DNA of 40,149 bases from a virus (IMGVR_UViG_3300005286_000001:1-40149); one strand, 5' to 3'. Counted from the first letter of the stretch, positions 1-7,834 are shown. Notes: generated from the letters alone by a model not told the origin. Numbers and translations: made by a program.

Positions 1-40
1 CGTTATGAGCGGCCGGCTCTAACCATTGAGCTACTGGCCC
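1..40 (-). tRNA. 5' half of a tRNA with anticodon CAT (Met or lysidine-type Ile2), cut by the window edge
   Basis: Reverse complement of 1-40 is GGGCCAG-TA-GCTC-AATGGTTA-GAGC-C-GGCCG-CTCATAA-CG. This gives the acceptor 5' strand, a canonical D arm with GG in the loop, the anticodon-stem 5' strand and a 7-nt loop CU-CAU-AA. The 3' half would lie left of position 1 and is not visible. Confidence 0.7.
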
Positions 41-69
41 ATCAAGGACTTAGGTCACTCGCCAAGCGC

Positions 70-91
70 CGTAGCACAGATATAGCACAGA
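70..91 (+). repeat. 22-mer CGTAGCACAGATATAGCACAGA (two tandem TAGCACAGA units); putative integrase arm-type site
   Basis: The exact 22-mer occurs three times: 70-91, 39936-39957 and 40109-40130. The first and third copies lie inside the terminal repeats. Confidence 0.5.
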
Positions 92-185
92 TACGGCGGC
101 CGGCCGGGGCCTTCATGGCACAGCCGGACGGCTCCGGCAAGAAGCGGTCGACGCACAAATGACCCGCTTTGAGCGCCGCGGCCGT

Positions 186-237
186 CTCGTCGCTATAATG
201 ATGGTGGTGTGGGTGGTGGTTGTGATCGGGATGTGGA
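186..237 (-). terminator. C-rich, G-poor tract after the last late gene; candidate rut (Rho-dependent termination) site
   Basis: In the minus-sense RNA, 237 down to 194 reads CCACATCCCGATCACAACCACCACCCACACCACCATCATTATA. By hand count these 44 nt contain about 21 C and 1 G. No hairpin followed by a T-run is present after the stop at 238. Confidence 0.3.
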
Positions 238-558
238 TCACATCTTGAACCGATCGTCCTCCCCGACGCCGCGCCGCTGATAGGCGATCAAGAACAGGAC
301 GCAACACCCGGCGTGCGCCAGATGGGAAAGGCCGGTCTCGGGATCCCGGTCCTGCCCCATGGACCACGCGAAGATGTGCCGGAGCGCGGCGCCGATGAGG
401 CGGGACCACCGCATGCCGCCGCACCAGTTGTGCTCGCCGTACTTCTGCGCCCCGAAGGCCAGAACGTCGGCAACCTCTGCCAAGGCATCGAAGGGCAGAA
501 GGTCGAGCCGCGTCTTGCCGCCGTCGAATTTGACGGCCGTGTCATTGCTATCAGTCAT
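238..558 (-). CDS. dATP/dGTP pyrophosphohydrolase-like protein (DUF5664 / all-alpha NTP-PPase type)
   Basis: ORF 238-705 trimmed to the internal ATG at 558, because the upstream 49 codons are R/H/G-rich. The product MTDSNDTAVKFDGGKTRLDL...FGAQKYGEHNW...GLSHLAHA matches the family signature as I remember it. Confidence 0.6.
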   Translation of the reverse strand: MTDSNDTAVKFDGGKTRLDLLPFDALAEVADVLAFGAQKYGEHNWCGGMRWSRLIGAALRHIFAWSMGQDRDPETGLSHLAHAGCCVLFLIAYQRRGVGEDDRFKM

Positions 559-599
559 GTCTGGAAGCCTGGTTTCGTGGCAGGGGTGCACTTGGCCTG

Positions 600-1880
600 C
601 TAGCCGGCAGCGCCGCTGACCATCTCGGGCGTGAGCGTGATACGCCCCACTTCCCCGTGCCGACTGTGGTAGGTGATGACCTTGGCAGAGCGGCCGGACA
701 GCCACCCGCCGTTCGCGGCATAGGCATCCGAGGCGGCAAGCGTCTCGTGGCGCTCCACCTTCATCAGGTTGGTGGATTTCAGCTCGTCGGAATGCAGGTG
801 CCCGAGATGGGCATAGCTGTGCTTCGTCCGGCCGTAGATGTCCCGGAAGCGGCCGGCGAAGACCGCGTCCACGTCCTTCACGCCGCGTTTGTGGCCGTGG
901 TGGTAGAACAGGGACGTGTCGCCGTGCTCATAGGCGTAGTAGGTGCCGGCGGAGCTATCGACGGTCACCCGGGGCTCGTCCTCGTAGAAGGCCGCGAACA
1001 TCTCCCGTAGCCACGCCTCGGAGGCCGGATCGTGGTTCGCATCCGCCATGATGATGTGCACATGCTCGTGCTTGGCGAGGAGCATGGACACGATGGCTCG
1101 CAGCGTCCTGATGACGACGCGGATCATCTTCTGAAGGCGACTATCGGCGTCGAGGACGTGCCCGCTCGACGGGGTGACGGCGAGATGGCTGTCGTGGTGG
1201 AGGAGGTCGCCGAGCTGCGCCAGGATCGCCGTCTTGGCCGGCGGCGACATGGCGATGGCCGCCGAGAACCAGTCGAGGAGGAGCTTTTCGGCGATGCGGA
1301 GGTCATAGTCCTCGCCGGACTCCTCGCGCCATGCCAGCATCCCGAAATGAAGGTCCGTGATGGTGTACTGGTTGAGGAGGAGATCGTTGCCCGGCGCGGG
1401 ATACGGGATGGGCTCGGCCCGCGGAACGTCCGCCTTCAACTCCTCGATGACCGCCCGCATGATAGCGGCCTGCTTCTCGGCGTCGCGGTCGGTCTTGACC
1501 CACTTGACGATTTCGCGGCCGTCCTTGTCGACAAGGGCGCTGACGCCGCGGATCCGCTGGCCCGCAGGCACCTCGAAGGGCTCGCCAGCCTCGGGCTTCT
1601 GCTGGATGAATTCCTGCGTGAGAGACCCGGATTCGTTAAAAATTGATGTTGTTTTTGTGATCCGGAAACCGGGCATGACGGGCCTGGTGCCGAGCTGACC
1701 CTTGGCCGCCATGTGCTTGATCTTGGTGATCCGGCGCCGGACGTTGCTCGGGTCGATGCCGAGTTCCTCACCCATGGCCTTGGTCCAATAGGTGCCGTCG
1801 CCACGGGCATGCCGTTCCATCGCCGCAATGGTCGCGGCGATTTCGTCGGCTGTGAGGACGTTAGAAGCGCAAGCCGTCAT
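600..1880 (-). CDS. HTH-containing calcineurin-like metallophosphoesterase
   Basis: 426 aa. An ordered metallophosphoesterase motif series is present: TDLHFG, GDLLHHD, ANHD, HHGH, GHLH. The N-terminal ~60 aa look HTH-like (YWTKAMGEELGIDPSNVRRRITKIK). Confidence 0.6.
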   Translation of the reverse strand: MTACASNVLTADEIAATIAAMERHARGDGTYWTKAMGEELGIDPSNVRRRITKIKHMAAKGQLGTRPVMPGFRITKTTSIFNESGSLTQEFIQQKPEAGEPFEVPAGQRIRGVSALVDKDGREIVKWVKTDRDAEKQAAIMRAVIEELKADVPRAEPIPYPAPGNDLLLNQYTITDLHFGMLAWREESGEDYDLRIAEKLLLDWFSAAIAMSPPAKTAILAQLGDLLHHDSHLAVTPSSGHVLDADSRLQKMIRVVIRTLRAIVSMLLAKHEHVHIIMADANHDPASEAWLREMFAAFYEDEPRVTVDSSAGTYYAYEHGDTSLFYHHGHKRGVKDVDAVFAGRFRDIYGRTKHSYAHLGHLHSDELKSTNLMKVERHETLAASDAYAANGGWLSGRSAKVITYHSRHGEVGRITLTPEMVSGAAG

Positions 1881-1883
1881 GCG

Positions 1884-2246
1884 TCAGGCATCCTGACCCG
1901 TGATGTATGCGAGGAGACGTTTCACCTCGTCAGCGGTCAGGTGCTCGACGTGGCAGAAGCCACCCTCGTCGGCGAAGTAGACCATTGCCTCGCCGTCCTT
2001 GTGGAACGCGAGGATGATGTTCGCGACATGGGCCTTGTCGGGAACGACGGCCTGCAACGCGGCCACAAGCTGCGCGGCGCCCTCGCCGGCATCGACGCTC
2101 CACTTGGCGCCGACCATGGCAGCGACGTTCGGAGCGGCTTCGAGCATGTCCTTGGGAGGGACACATTCATGCATCTTCTCAGCAAGGACGGGAGAGGAAA
2201 TGAGCGCGAGCGCGGACAGCGCCGCGAACAGGACGCGACGAGACAT
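1884..2246 (-). CDS. Secreted hypothetical protein
   Basis: 120 aa with an N-terminal signal peptide MSRRVLFAALSALALISSPVLA/EK. Only 3 nt separate it from the next gene. Confidence 0.6.
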   Translation of the reverse strand: MSRRVLFAALSALALISSPVLAEKMHECVPPKDMLEAAPNVAAMVGAKWSVDAGEGAAQLVAALQAVVPDKAHVANIILAFHKDGEAMVYFADEGGFCHVEHLTADEVKRLLAYITGQDA

Positions 2247-2292
2247 GATTGTCTCCTATGGTGAGAGCCTGATTGCCGCTCAGGCGTGCGGA

Positions 2293-2556
2293 TCAGCGGC
2301 CGAGGAAAGCCTTCAGGCCGAAGGTCAGGAGGGTGATGAGGCCGCCGACGATGGAGAGGACAATCGCCATACCAACCTTGCTGGCGACGCCATCGACGCC
2401 CTGCCGAAGCCGGCGGACAAACCGGAAGTCCTCGCGGGCTTCCTCAACGGCCTTGGGCTCGTCGGCGCGGAGACCCACGTCATGCAGGGCGTCGCGCACG
2501 GCCTCACGCACAATGGCTTGAAGCTCCTCGCGGGAGATGGTCACCGCGTCGCTCAT
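2293..2556 (-). CDS. Small protein with a C-terminal transmembrane anchor (lysis-associated by position)
   Basis: ORF 2293-2571 trimmed to the ATG at 2556, which forms an ATGA overlap with the upstream stop. The C-terminus is VGMAIVLSIVGGLITLLTFGL. Confidence 0.55.
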   Translation of the reverse strand: MSDAVTISREELQAIVREAVRDALHDVGLRADEPKAVEEAREDFRFVRRLRQGVDGVASKVGMAIVLSIVGGLITLLTFGLKAFLGR

Positions 2557-2756
2557 GGCCGCCACCCGCATGCAGCCTCACCAGCCGCGTTGTGCCCCTT
2601 GATGCCGCGAACCGTCTCCGGGGTATCCCGAGACGACCACGACAGCGGGCCGAAGATCTGGCACTCAGTCGCGCTGCCAACGGTCTGGCTGCACGCCGTC
2701 ACGATCAAACTCACGCTCAGCACGGCGGCGAGCATCATCGGCCTTGTTGCGCGCAT
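2553..2756 (-). CDS. o-spanin-like outer-membrane lipoprotein (Rz1-type), overlapping the i-spanin gene
   Basis: MRATRPMMLAAVLSVSLIVTAC has a signal peptide and the lipobox VTAC. AAGGAG lies 9 nt upstream of the ATG at 2756. The gene overlaps 2665-2756 of the i-spanin gene in another frame. Confidence 0.55.
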   Translation of the reverse strand: MRATRPMMLAAVLSVSLIVTACSQTVGSATECQIFGPLSWSSRDTPETVRGIKGHNAAGEAACGWRP

Positions 2757-2901
2757 CGGTGTTGCTCCTTTCGTACCGCGCTTCGCAGAGGGCGGCGCCA
2801 TCCGAGCGGCCCTTGATGTACGTCCCGCCGATGACGAGGGCGGCGGCGAGCGCGCCCGCCAGCCATCGCCCCGGCTTGGAGACGAGGAAAGAGAGGATCA
2901 T
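2665..2901 (-). CDS. i-spanin-like protein (Rz-type), N-terminal TM plus charged periplasmic helix
   Basis: ORF trimmed to the ATG at 2901, which forms an ATGA overlap with the endolysin stop. The product MILSFLVSKPGRWLAGALAAALVIGG is followed by an R/D/E-rich segment. Confidence 0.55.
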   Translation of the reverse strand: MILSFLVSKPGRWLAGALAAALVIGGTYIKGRSDGAALCEARYERSNTDARNKADDARRRAEREFDRDGVQPDRWQRD

Positions 2902-3653
2902 TGGTAAGCCTCGCGAATGCGCCGGATGGCGTAGTAGGCCCCGACGCCGGCCGCGATCAGCACCACGGCGGCGAGCGCCCATTGCAGCGGGCCGGAGCCG
3001 GCGAAGACCGACGAGAGGGATCCGACGCCCGTGGCGGCATAGGCCAGCGTCTCGGGCTTGTTCCAGATGGCAGGCTCTTGCGCCTCACCGCGCTCGGTGG
3101 GGGCTTCGTAGAGCGTCGGTGCCATGGCCACAGGGGCGCCAGAGGTCAGGGACAGGGCCTTGGCCCTCACCTCGGCAACGCGGCGCCCCCACCCCCTCCC
3201 GAAGGTGGGCCACCCCTTGAGGCCCTTGAGGAAGGCAAGGCGCGCATCGCACAGGGCGTTGATGAGATCGGCCGGCGAGCGCTTCGACACCGCATCGAGC
3301 GTGATCGCGCCCATAATGCCGTCCGCCGGGACGCCTACGATCTGCTGCAGCGTCTTGACGGCGCGCGCTGGGCCGGAGTTGATGGCGAAGTCGAACAGGG
3401 CATAATCCACGCCGGCCGGTAGTTCATCGCCCCGGATCGGCCGCCAGTACTGCGCCCGGTAGATCAGGGCGGCCTCAGCGCGAGAGAGATTGCGCACGTC
3501 AGCCTTCGTGACCGGCTTGCCCCGCCATGCTGCAAGGGTCTTGTGAGTGACGCCGTGATTGGTGGCGCCGCCCGGATCCTTGGGGTGGTCCACATAACCG
3601 CCCTCGTGCGCGAACACGTCGGGCATCACCCTGTCGAACGTCTCGACTGCCAT
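2898..3653 (-). CDS. Endolysin: GH108 lysozyme with a PG_binding_3-like domain and a C-terminal TM helix
   Basis: The HEGGYVDHPKDPGGATNHGVT motif of glycoside hydrolase family 108 is present. The middle region resembles PG_binding_3. The C-terminus is LQWALAAVVLIAAGVGAYYAI. Confidence 0.85.
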   Translation of the reverse strand: MAVETFDRVMPDVFAHEGGYVDHPKDPGGATNHGVTHKTLAAWRGKPVTKADVRNLSRAEAALIYRAQYWRPIRGDELPAGVDYALFDFAINSGPARAVKTLQQIVGVPADGIMGAITLDAVSKRSPADLINALCDARLAFLKGLKGWPTFGRGWGRRVAEVRAKALSLTSGAPVAMAPTLYEAPTERGEAQEPAIWNKPETLAYAATGVGSLSSVFAGSGPLQWALAAVVLIAAGVGAYYAIRRIREAYQ

Positions 3654-3661
3654 AGGTCACC

Positions 3662-3781
3662 TCAGAATTGCATCATCGTTCGCCCGAAGTGCGCCGGCCC
3701 CGACGGGTCGTCCTGAGCGGCGCGGTGCGAGCATGCGGAGAGGGCCGCGAGAAGGGCGGCGAGGAGGAGAAGACGGGTCAT
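3662..3781 (-). CDS. 39-aa lipoprotein (not in the ORF track)
   Basis: Hand translation gives MTRLLLLAALLAALSACSHRAAQDDPSGPAHFGRTMMQF, with the lipobox LSAC. It starts 6 nt after the upstream stop. No clear SD is present. Confidence 0.5.
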   Translation of the reverse strand: MTRLLLLAALLAALSACSHRAAQDDPSGPAHFGRTMMQF

Positions 3782-3787
3782 GGGAGG

Positions 3788-4279
3788 TCAGGCCAGAGAG
3801 ACGATCAGGGCGCCCCAGAGAGCGCCGACGGACAATTCAGCGATCCAGATCGGGTTAGCCGGACGGATGCGCCACGCGGCCTCGTAGGCGGCCACGGCGA
3901 CGAAGGGGAACGTCAGGGCGAGAAGTCCAAACGGCAGGAGGAACGGGACAGCCACGGCATGCCGCAGGGCGAGCGCGACGTGCACGTTTCCGCCTGCGAG
4001 CCTCAGAAGGACCCGCTCCAGATCAGACGGGGGGCGATCAGGCGCGAACCGCCCGAGGCCAATCAGATGCCCCCACGGGCCGACGCCCCATACAAGAAAG
4101 GCGGCCCCGAAGACCGCCCCGTAGATGAGTCCGCCGAACACGGCGGCCACCAACCCGACCGCTAGAGCCGTATAAAAGACCGCCCTACCGGGCCACCATG
4201 CCGGCATCCAGTCTTCCTCAGCGCCACGGGCACGATTGAGGCCGGAACAAGCGGCTATGGTAAGAAGAGCGAGCGTCAT
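3788..4279 (-). CDS. Polytopic membrane protein (holin candidate by position)
   Basis: 163 aa with at least 4 hydrophobic segments. It lies immediately upstream of the lipoprotein and endolysin genes. Confidence 0.5.
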   Translation of the reverse strand: MTLALLTIAACSGLNRARGAEEDWMPAWWPGRAVFYTALAVGLVAAVFGGLIYGAVFGAAFLVWGVGPWGHLIGLGRFAPDRPPSDLERVLLRLAGGNVHVALALRHAVAVPFLLPFGLLALTFPFVAVAAYEAAWRIRPANPIWIAELSVGALWGALIVSLA

Positions 4280-4545
4280 GCGGGCGCGAGCCCCGCAAGA
4301 ACCCGGTCACGCCGGACGGTCGTCAGAAGCTCCCGATCAATGAGCGCCTGAAAGCCGTCGATGACTCGCTGGTCGTCGAGGTCGATGTAGTTCGCGCCCT
4401 GCGCCTTGTCGTACCAGAGCTTGACCGCGGGATCGCTCATCGTCGCCGTGACGATGGCGAGCTGTTCGGCCTCGGTGAACAGTTCAATGAATTCGAGCCA
4501 CGACTTGATGCGGCCCTGCTTCTCGGGATCGCGGAGATAGACCAT
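4276..4545 (-). CDS. Hypothetical protein downstream of the tail fibre gene (possible fibre accessory)
   Basis: 89-aa ORF, tightly packed, with an ATGA overlap with the next gene. Confidence 0.55.
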   Translation of the reverse strand: MVYLRDPEKQGRIKSWLEFIELFTEAEQLAIVTATMSDPAVKLWYDKAQGANYIDLDDQRVIDGFQALIDRELLTTVRRDRVLAGLAPA

Positions 4546-4552
4546 CTTCGCC

Positions 4553-6316
4553 TCACTTCCAGTAGAGGGCCATGTCGAGGATCTCGACCATCTTGTTGTT
4601 GGCCGTGCGGATCCGCCATCTGGGGGCGACGCCGGAGGGCTGGCCGCTCACATCGACGGAATTGCTCTCGATGACCTTCACGGAACCGGGTTGGGTGAAC
4701 CGCTCGGCCAAGGTCACCTGCGTCCACGTCGTGCCGCCGTCGCGTGACACGTCCATCATCAGGTCCGTGTTGAGCGTGACGGGATCGACGGCAATGATGC
4801 GAGACGTGATCTTCTCGCTCGCGGGGGCGCTCGCGGCGGTGAAAGCTGTCGAAGCGACGGTCATATTGTTGCCCGCGCCTGTTCGGACCTCGATTTGATC
4901 GAGCATGTAGGCGGTAGTCGCCTGCGAGGTGTAGCCCGTGGGCGCCGTGGAGCCCGCTTCGGCCACGCTCGACTTGAAGTAGTCAGTGACGCTGGCGACG
5001 CCCGGATTGTAATGGATGTTGCCCGTAACGGTGCCGTCGTGGGCGACGATCAGGTTCTTCGTCTCGTCAAGGCTGAAGTTGATCCAATCGCTCCACACCG
5101 AGCCCCCGACCGGGGGGGTGACACCATTGTTCCCGCCGAACGTGAGGCGAACCTGATTGCCGTCGAAATCCCACGGATTCCCGCCCGCTGCCTGATGCCC
5201 GATAAAGGCGTTGTTGATCGGTCGAGAAGGGCCGCTGGCCGGCCCCGACAACCTCACCCGGACTTGCACACCACTCGTCGTCAGAGCCGATGCCGCAACG
5301 ATCATCCGGTGCGTCAGGTTGCCATTCGAGATTTCAGAATTCAGAGAAATGGCAAACGTCTGCGTCGAGGAAAGCGTCGGCTTCAACTCGCCCGGCGTGC
5401 TCGTGTCGAGGTTCGTCGCCCCCGCCACATCGACGTAGTCGAGGGTCGCGAAGCTGTCGAAGACACGGTTGCCGCTGTCGCCGAGGAACAGCGCCTGATT
5501 GGCGAGGTCGGCCACCTGCATCGCGAGCGTGGAATAGGCCATGTCATCGACGAAACTCGGCGTCGTCCATGCGGGGTTGCCGCCGGCCCCGAACGTCGTC
5601 AGGTATTGCCCGACGGAGCCGGGTCCGAGCGCCACCCAGTTGGACGCGCCGCGGTAGATGACGGAGCCCTGCGCCGTGCCTAGGGCGTCGAGGACCTGAG
5701 AGATCGTCAGGTCTTGCGGGGCGCCGGTACCCGCGCCAGCCGCCCTGCCCTTCACGGTCGCTTGGGCCATATTCGCAAGGGATAGCGTCCGGTTGGCGCT
5801 GAGGTCGCCCCCACCCGTCAGGCCGGTGCCGGCGCTGATGGTCCGCGTGTTCGGGGGCACGTCGAGCGCGGCCTGAGCCGTCGCCTCATCCGGCGCTGTA
5901 AAAACTGCGCTTCCGATGATGGTGCCACCCAGCAAGCCACGCGCGGCGGCATCGTCCGCGGCCGTCACCAATGCCTGCCCAAGGGTCGTTGCGTCGCTGA
6001 TCTGCGACACGGGGTGCGTATGCGGCGAGGGCGGGAACTCGGTCGGCTTGTTCTGGATGTTGGCCCAGTCGGTCTGCCCGGTCGGCAAATTGGTGAGCTT
6101 GACCCGCCAGAAGGCGCCGGTATCCGTGTCCTGCACGAGCACTTCGCGCTTCGACATGTCGGAGACGTTCGTCTCCTCGATGACATTCTGGAAATTGACG
6201 CCGAAGGTATAGGACAGGCCACTCTTGACGAGGGTGAGAACGCCCGTCACACCAACGTGGGCCGGGAACGTCGGGAGCACCTGCAGGTCGATATTGGGCA
6301 GGGAAGACGGGTACAT
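4553..6316 (-). CDS. Tail fibre protein
   Basis: ORF 4553-6571 trimmed to the ATG at 6316 (ATGA overlap with the upstream stop). The product starts MYPSSLPNIDLQVLPTF. It contains a PSPHTHP His-x-His fibre motif and long G/S/T/A-rich repeats. Confidence 0.75.
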   Translation of the reverse strand: MYPSSLPNIDLQVLPTFPAHVGVTGVLTLVKSGLSYTFGVNFQNVIEETNVSDMSKREVLVQDTDTGAFWRVKLTNLPTGQTDWANIQNKPTEFPPSPHTHPVSQISDATTLGQALVTAADDAAARGLLGGTIIGSAVFTAPDEATAQAALDVPPNTRTISAGTGLTGGGDLSANRTLSLANMAQATVKGRAAGAGTGAPQDLTISQVLDALGTAQGSVIYRGASNWVALGPGSVGQYLTTFGAGGNPAWTTPSFVDDMAYSTLAMQVADLANQALFLGDSGNRVFDSFATLDYVDVAGATNLDTSTPGELKPTLSSTQTFAISLNSEISNGNLTHRMIVAASALTTSGVQVRVRLSGPASGPSRPINNAFIGHQAAGGNPWDFDGNQVRLTFGGNNGVTPPVGGSVWSDWINFSLDETKNLIVAHDGTVTGNIHYNPGVASVTDYFKSSVAEAGSTAPTGYTSQATTAYMLDQIEVRTGAGNNMTVASTAFTAASAPASEKITSRIIAVDPVTLNTDLMMDVSRDGGTTWTQVTLAERFTQPGSVKVIESNSVDVSGQPSGVAPRWRIRTANNKMVEILDMALYWK

Positions 6317-6702
6317 CAGAAAACGCCCCCTTCGATGATCGCGACAGTACCGATGAAAAGCTGCTGGCGATTGCCGCTGGCGTCCTCCATGAGGATGCCA
6401 ACGCCATAGAGACCGGGCCGGAGCGCCGACAGTCGCGATGCCGGGAAATGCCAGGCCAGAATGCCGCCAGCGGGCGTCGTCAGCTCGCCGCTGTCCGTCG
6501 AGCCAGACAGGACAGGCGCACCATGCCCCCAATCGCCGCCATAGCCATTGCCGTATCCGTGCCCGTCGCACCGACGGACCTGCATGCGGATGGAGAGCGG
6601 GGAGAGGTCAATATCCGTGCCATCGTCCTTGGCGCGCAGGCGAGCCCAGCCCGTCCAGTCGGCGCGGTTCGACTGAGTCCCTAGGGAGCCGGTGAGAGAC
6701 AT
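6316..6702 (-). CDS. Hypothetical virion-module protein
   Basis: 128-aa ORF lying between the two fibre genes. Confidence 0.55.
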   Translation of the reverse strand: MSLTGSLGTQSNRADWTGWARLRAKDDGTDIDLSPLSIRMQVRRCDGHGYGNGYGGDWGHGAPVLSGSTDSGELTTPAGGILAWHFPASRLSALRPGLYGVGILMEDASGNRQQLFIGTVAIIEGGVF

Positions 6703-6712
6703 GGGCGGCTCC

Positions 6713-7834
6713 TCAAAGTTTCATATAGAACGTGCCGAGGCGCGTCGGCTGGAGGACAGGCATCGGCAGGCCGCCGCCGGTGTAATCGCCGACATCCACG
6801 GTGATGCCCGTTGATGCCGCTACCGTGTTAGCCACGCCTCCGATAGGAACCTGGTTCGGGCCGACGGATGAGCTGATGCCATAGGTGCTGACGATGGCGC
6901 CGTAGGGATGTTGGTGGGTCGGGTCGTTCACCGTCACCGGGTGTTTGTGCTTGCCAACTTCCTTCTCGTGCTGGGTGTGGGAACCCGCGCCGCCGAGGCC
7001 GCCGATCTCCTGGGCATCAGGGAAGTAGGAGAAGCGAGCCGCCACGCCGGTAGCTGTCGCGCTGGCATTGACCGACAACGTGACCGTTGTGCCACTGATA
7101 TCCGTCACCTGCGCCCCAGCCGGGATGCCGTTTGCGATGACGAACATTCCGATGCCGATGCCGGCCGCGGAATTGACGGTAATGTCGTCGTCCCCGTTCG
7201 TGGTGTTGATGGTCTTGGCGATCTGCAAGCGGTTTGCCGCCGTCGCGCCCATGTCGTCCAGGCCACCCGGGACGATGCTTTGCATGGTGGGGACGATGAT
7301 TGTCTTGTTGGCTGAGAAGTCAGCGGCTGCCGTCGCGCCGCGCCCCCCCGATACCGCTGAGACGCTGTTGCTCAGGTTGTTCCAGAGATAGAGGAACAGG
7401 GCCTCCGTGTCGGCGTTTGCACGCTCCGTGGCGCCCGAAGACGGGTTGCCTATCGTGCGGCCATTCATCCGCACGAAACCGGCCTTGGTGCCTCCGCGCA
7501 GGTTCCAGAGGACATCCCCCGTGTTGAGCACCATGTCTTGCGTGACGATGATGCCAGACCCGCCACCGGTCTGCGGAGGAGCCGGGTTCGGGATGCCATC
7601 GATATCCCAAAGCAACACACCTGCGCTGTCCGTCACGCGCTCGCGGTAGGTCCGATAAGGGACGAAGATGGGGGGGAAACGACCGCTGGCGTTCGCCTGA
7701 ACCGGATGTGTATGCGGCGTCGTTTCCGTCGCATCGGCATAGACCACCATCGGTGTGGTGGTGTTCGCCTCGAAGAAATAGACGAGCGCCCCCGCCGGGT
7801 ATTGCCCGGCGAAGTTCTTCCAGAGGTCCGCCAT
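6713..7834 (-). CDS. Tail fibre protein with a C-terminal phage tail-collar domain
   Basis: ORF trimmed to the ATG at 7834 (MADLWKNFAG). It contains a TPHTHP motif. Collar-domain features are FVRMNGRTIGN...LFLYLWN and the C-terminal GGGLPMPVLQPTRLGTFYMKL. Confidence 0.75.
   Translation of the reverse strand: MADLWKNFAGQYPAGALVYFFEANTTTPMVVYADATETTPHTHPVQANASGRFPPIFVPYRTYRERVTDSAGVLLWDIDGIPNPAPPQTGGGSGIIVTQDMVLNTGDVLWNLRGGTKAGFVRMNGRTIGNPSSGATERANADTEALFLYLWNNLSNSVSAVSGGRGATAAADFSANKTIIVPTMQSIVPGGLDDMGATAANRLQIAKTINTTNGDDDITVNSAAGIGIGMFVIANGIPAGAQVTDISGTTVTLSVNASATATGVAARFSYFPDAQEIGGLGGAGSHTQHEKEVGKHKHPVTVNDPTHQHPYGAIVSTYGISSSVGPNQVPIGGVANTVAASTGITVDVGDYTGGGLPMPVLQPTRLGTFYMKL

Larger units (their letters stand above)
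1..110. repeat. attL-type terminal direct repeat (110 bp)
   Basis: Read by eye as base-for-base identical to 40040-40149. Contains a tRNA 5' half (1-40, minus strand) plus 70 bp upstream of it. Confidence 0.8.

Noticed and set aside
194-248. TATAAT hexamer followed by a 16-codon hydrophobic ORF (MMVVWVVVVIGMWITS), reminiscent of Ibs-type toxins
   Set aside because: The -10-like hexamer overlaps the ATG itself, so a transcript from it would start downstream of both ATGs. No SD is present. The GT-rich run is better explained as the complement of a C-rich rut-like tract.
4553-6571. N-terminal extensions given by the ORF track (for example 4553-6571, 6713-7954, 26928-27911, 238-705, 14969-15565)
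   Set aside because: The extensions are Arg/His/Pro-rich and overlap the 3' ends of upstream genes. The internal ATGs form ATGA-type overlaps or have good SD sequences and start plausible proteins.
5112-7676. G7/C7 homopolymer tracts in the two fibre genes (5112-5118, 7343-7349, 7670-7676) as phase-variation switches
   Set aside because: At this base composition, runs of seven G or C are expected by chance many times in 40 kb. All three are in frame in intact ORFs. There is no evidence of variable length from a single sequence.
4553-7834. A diversity-generating retroelement or invertible-segment control of the tail fibres
   Set aside because: There is no reverse transcriptase, no template/variable repeat pair and no serine invertase or inverted-repeat cassette near the fibre genes.
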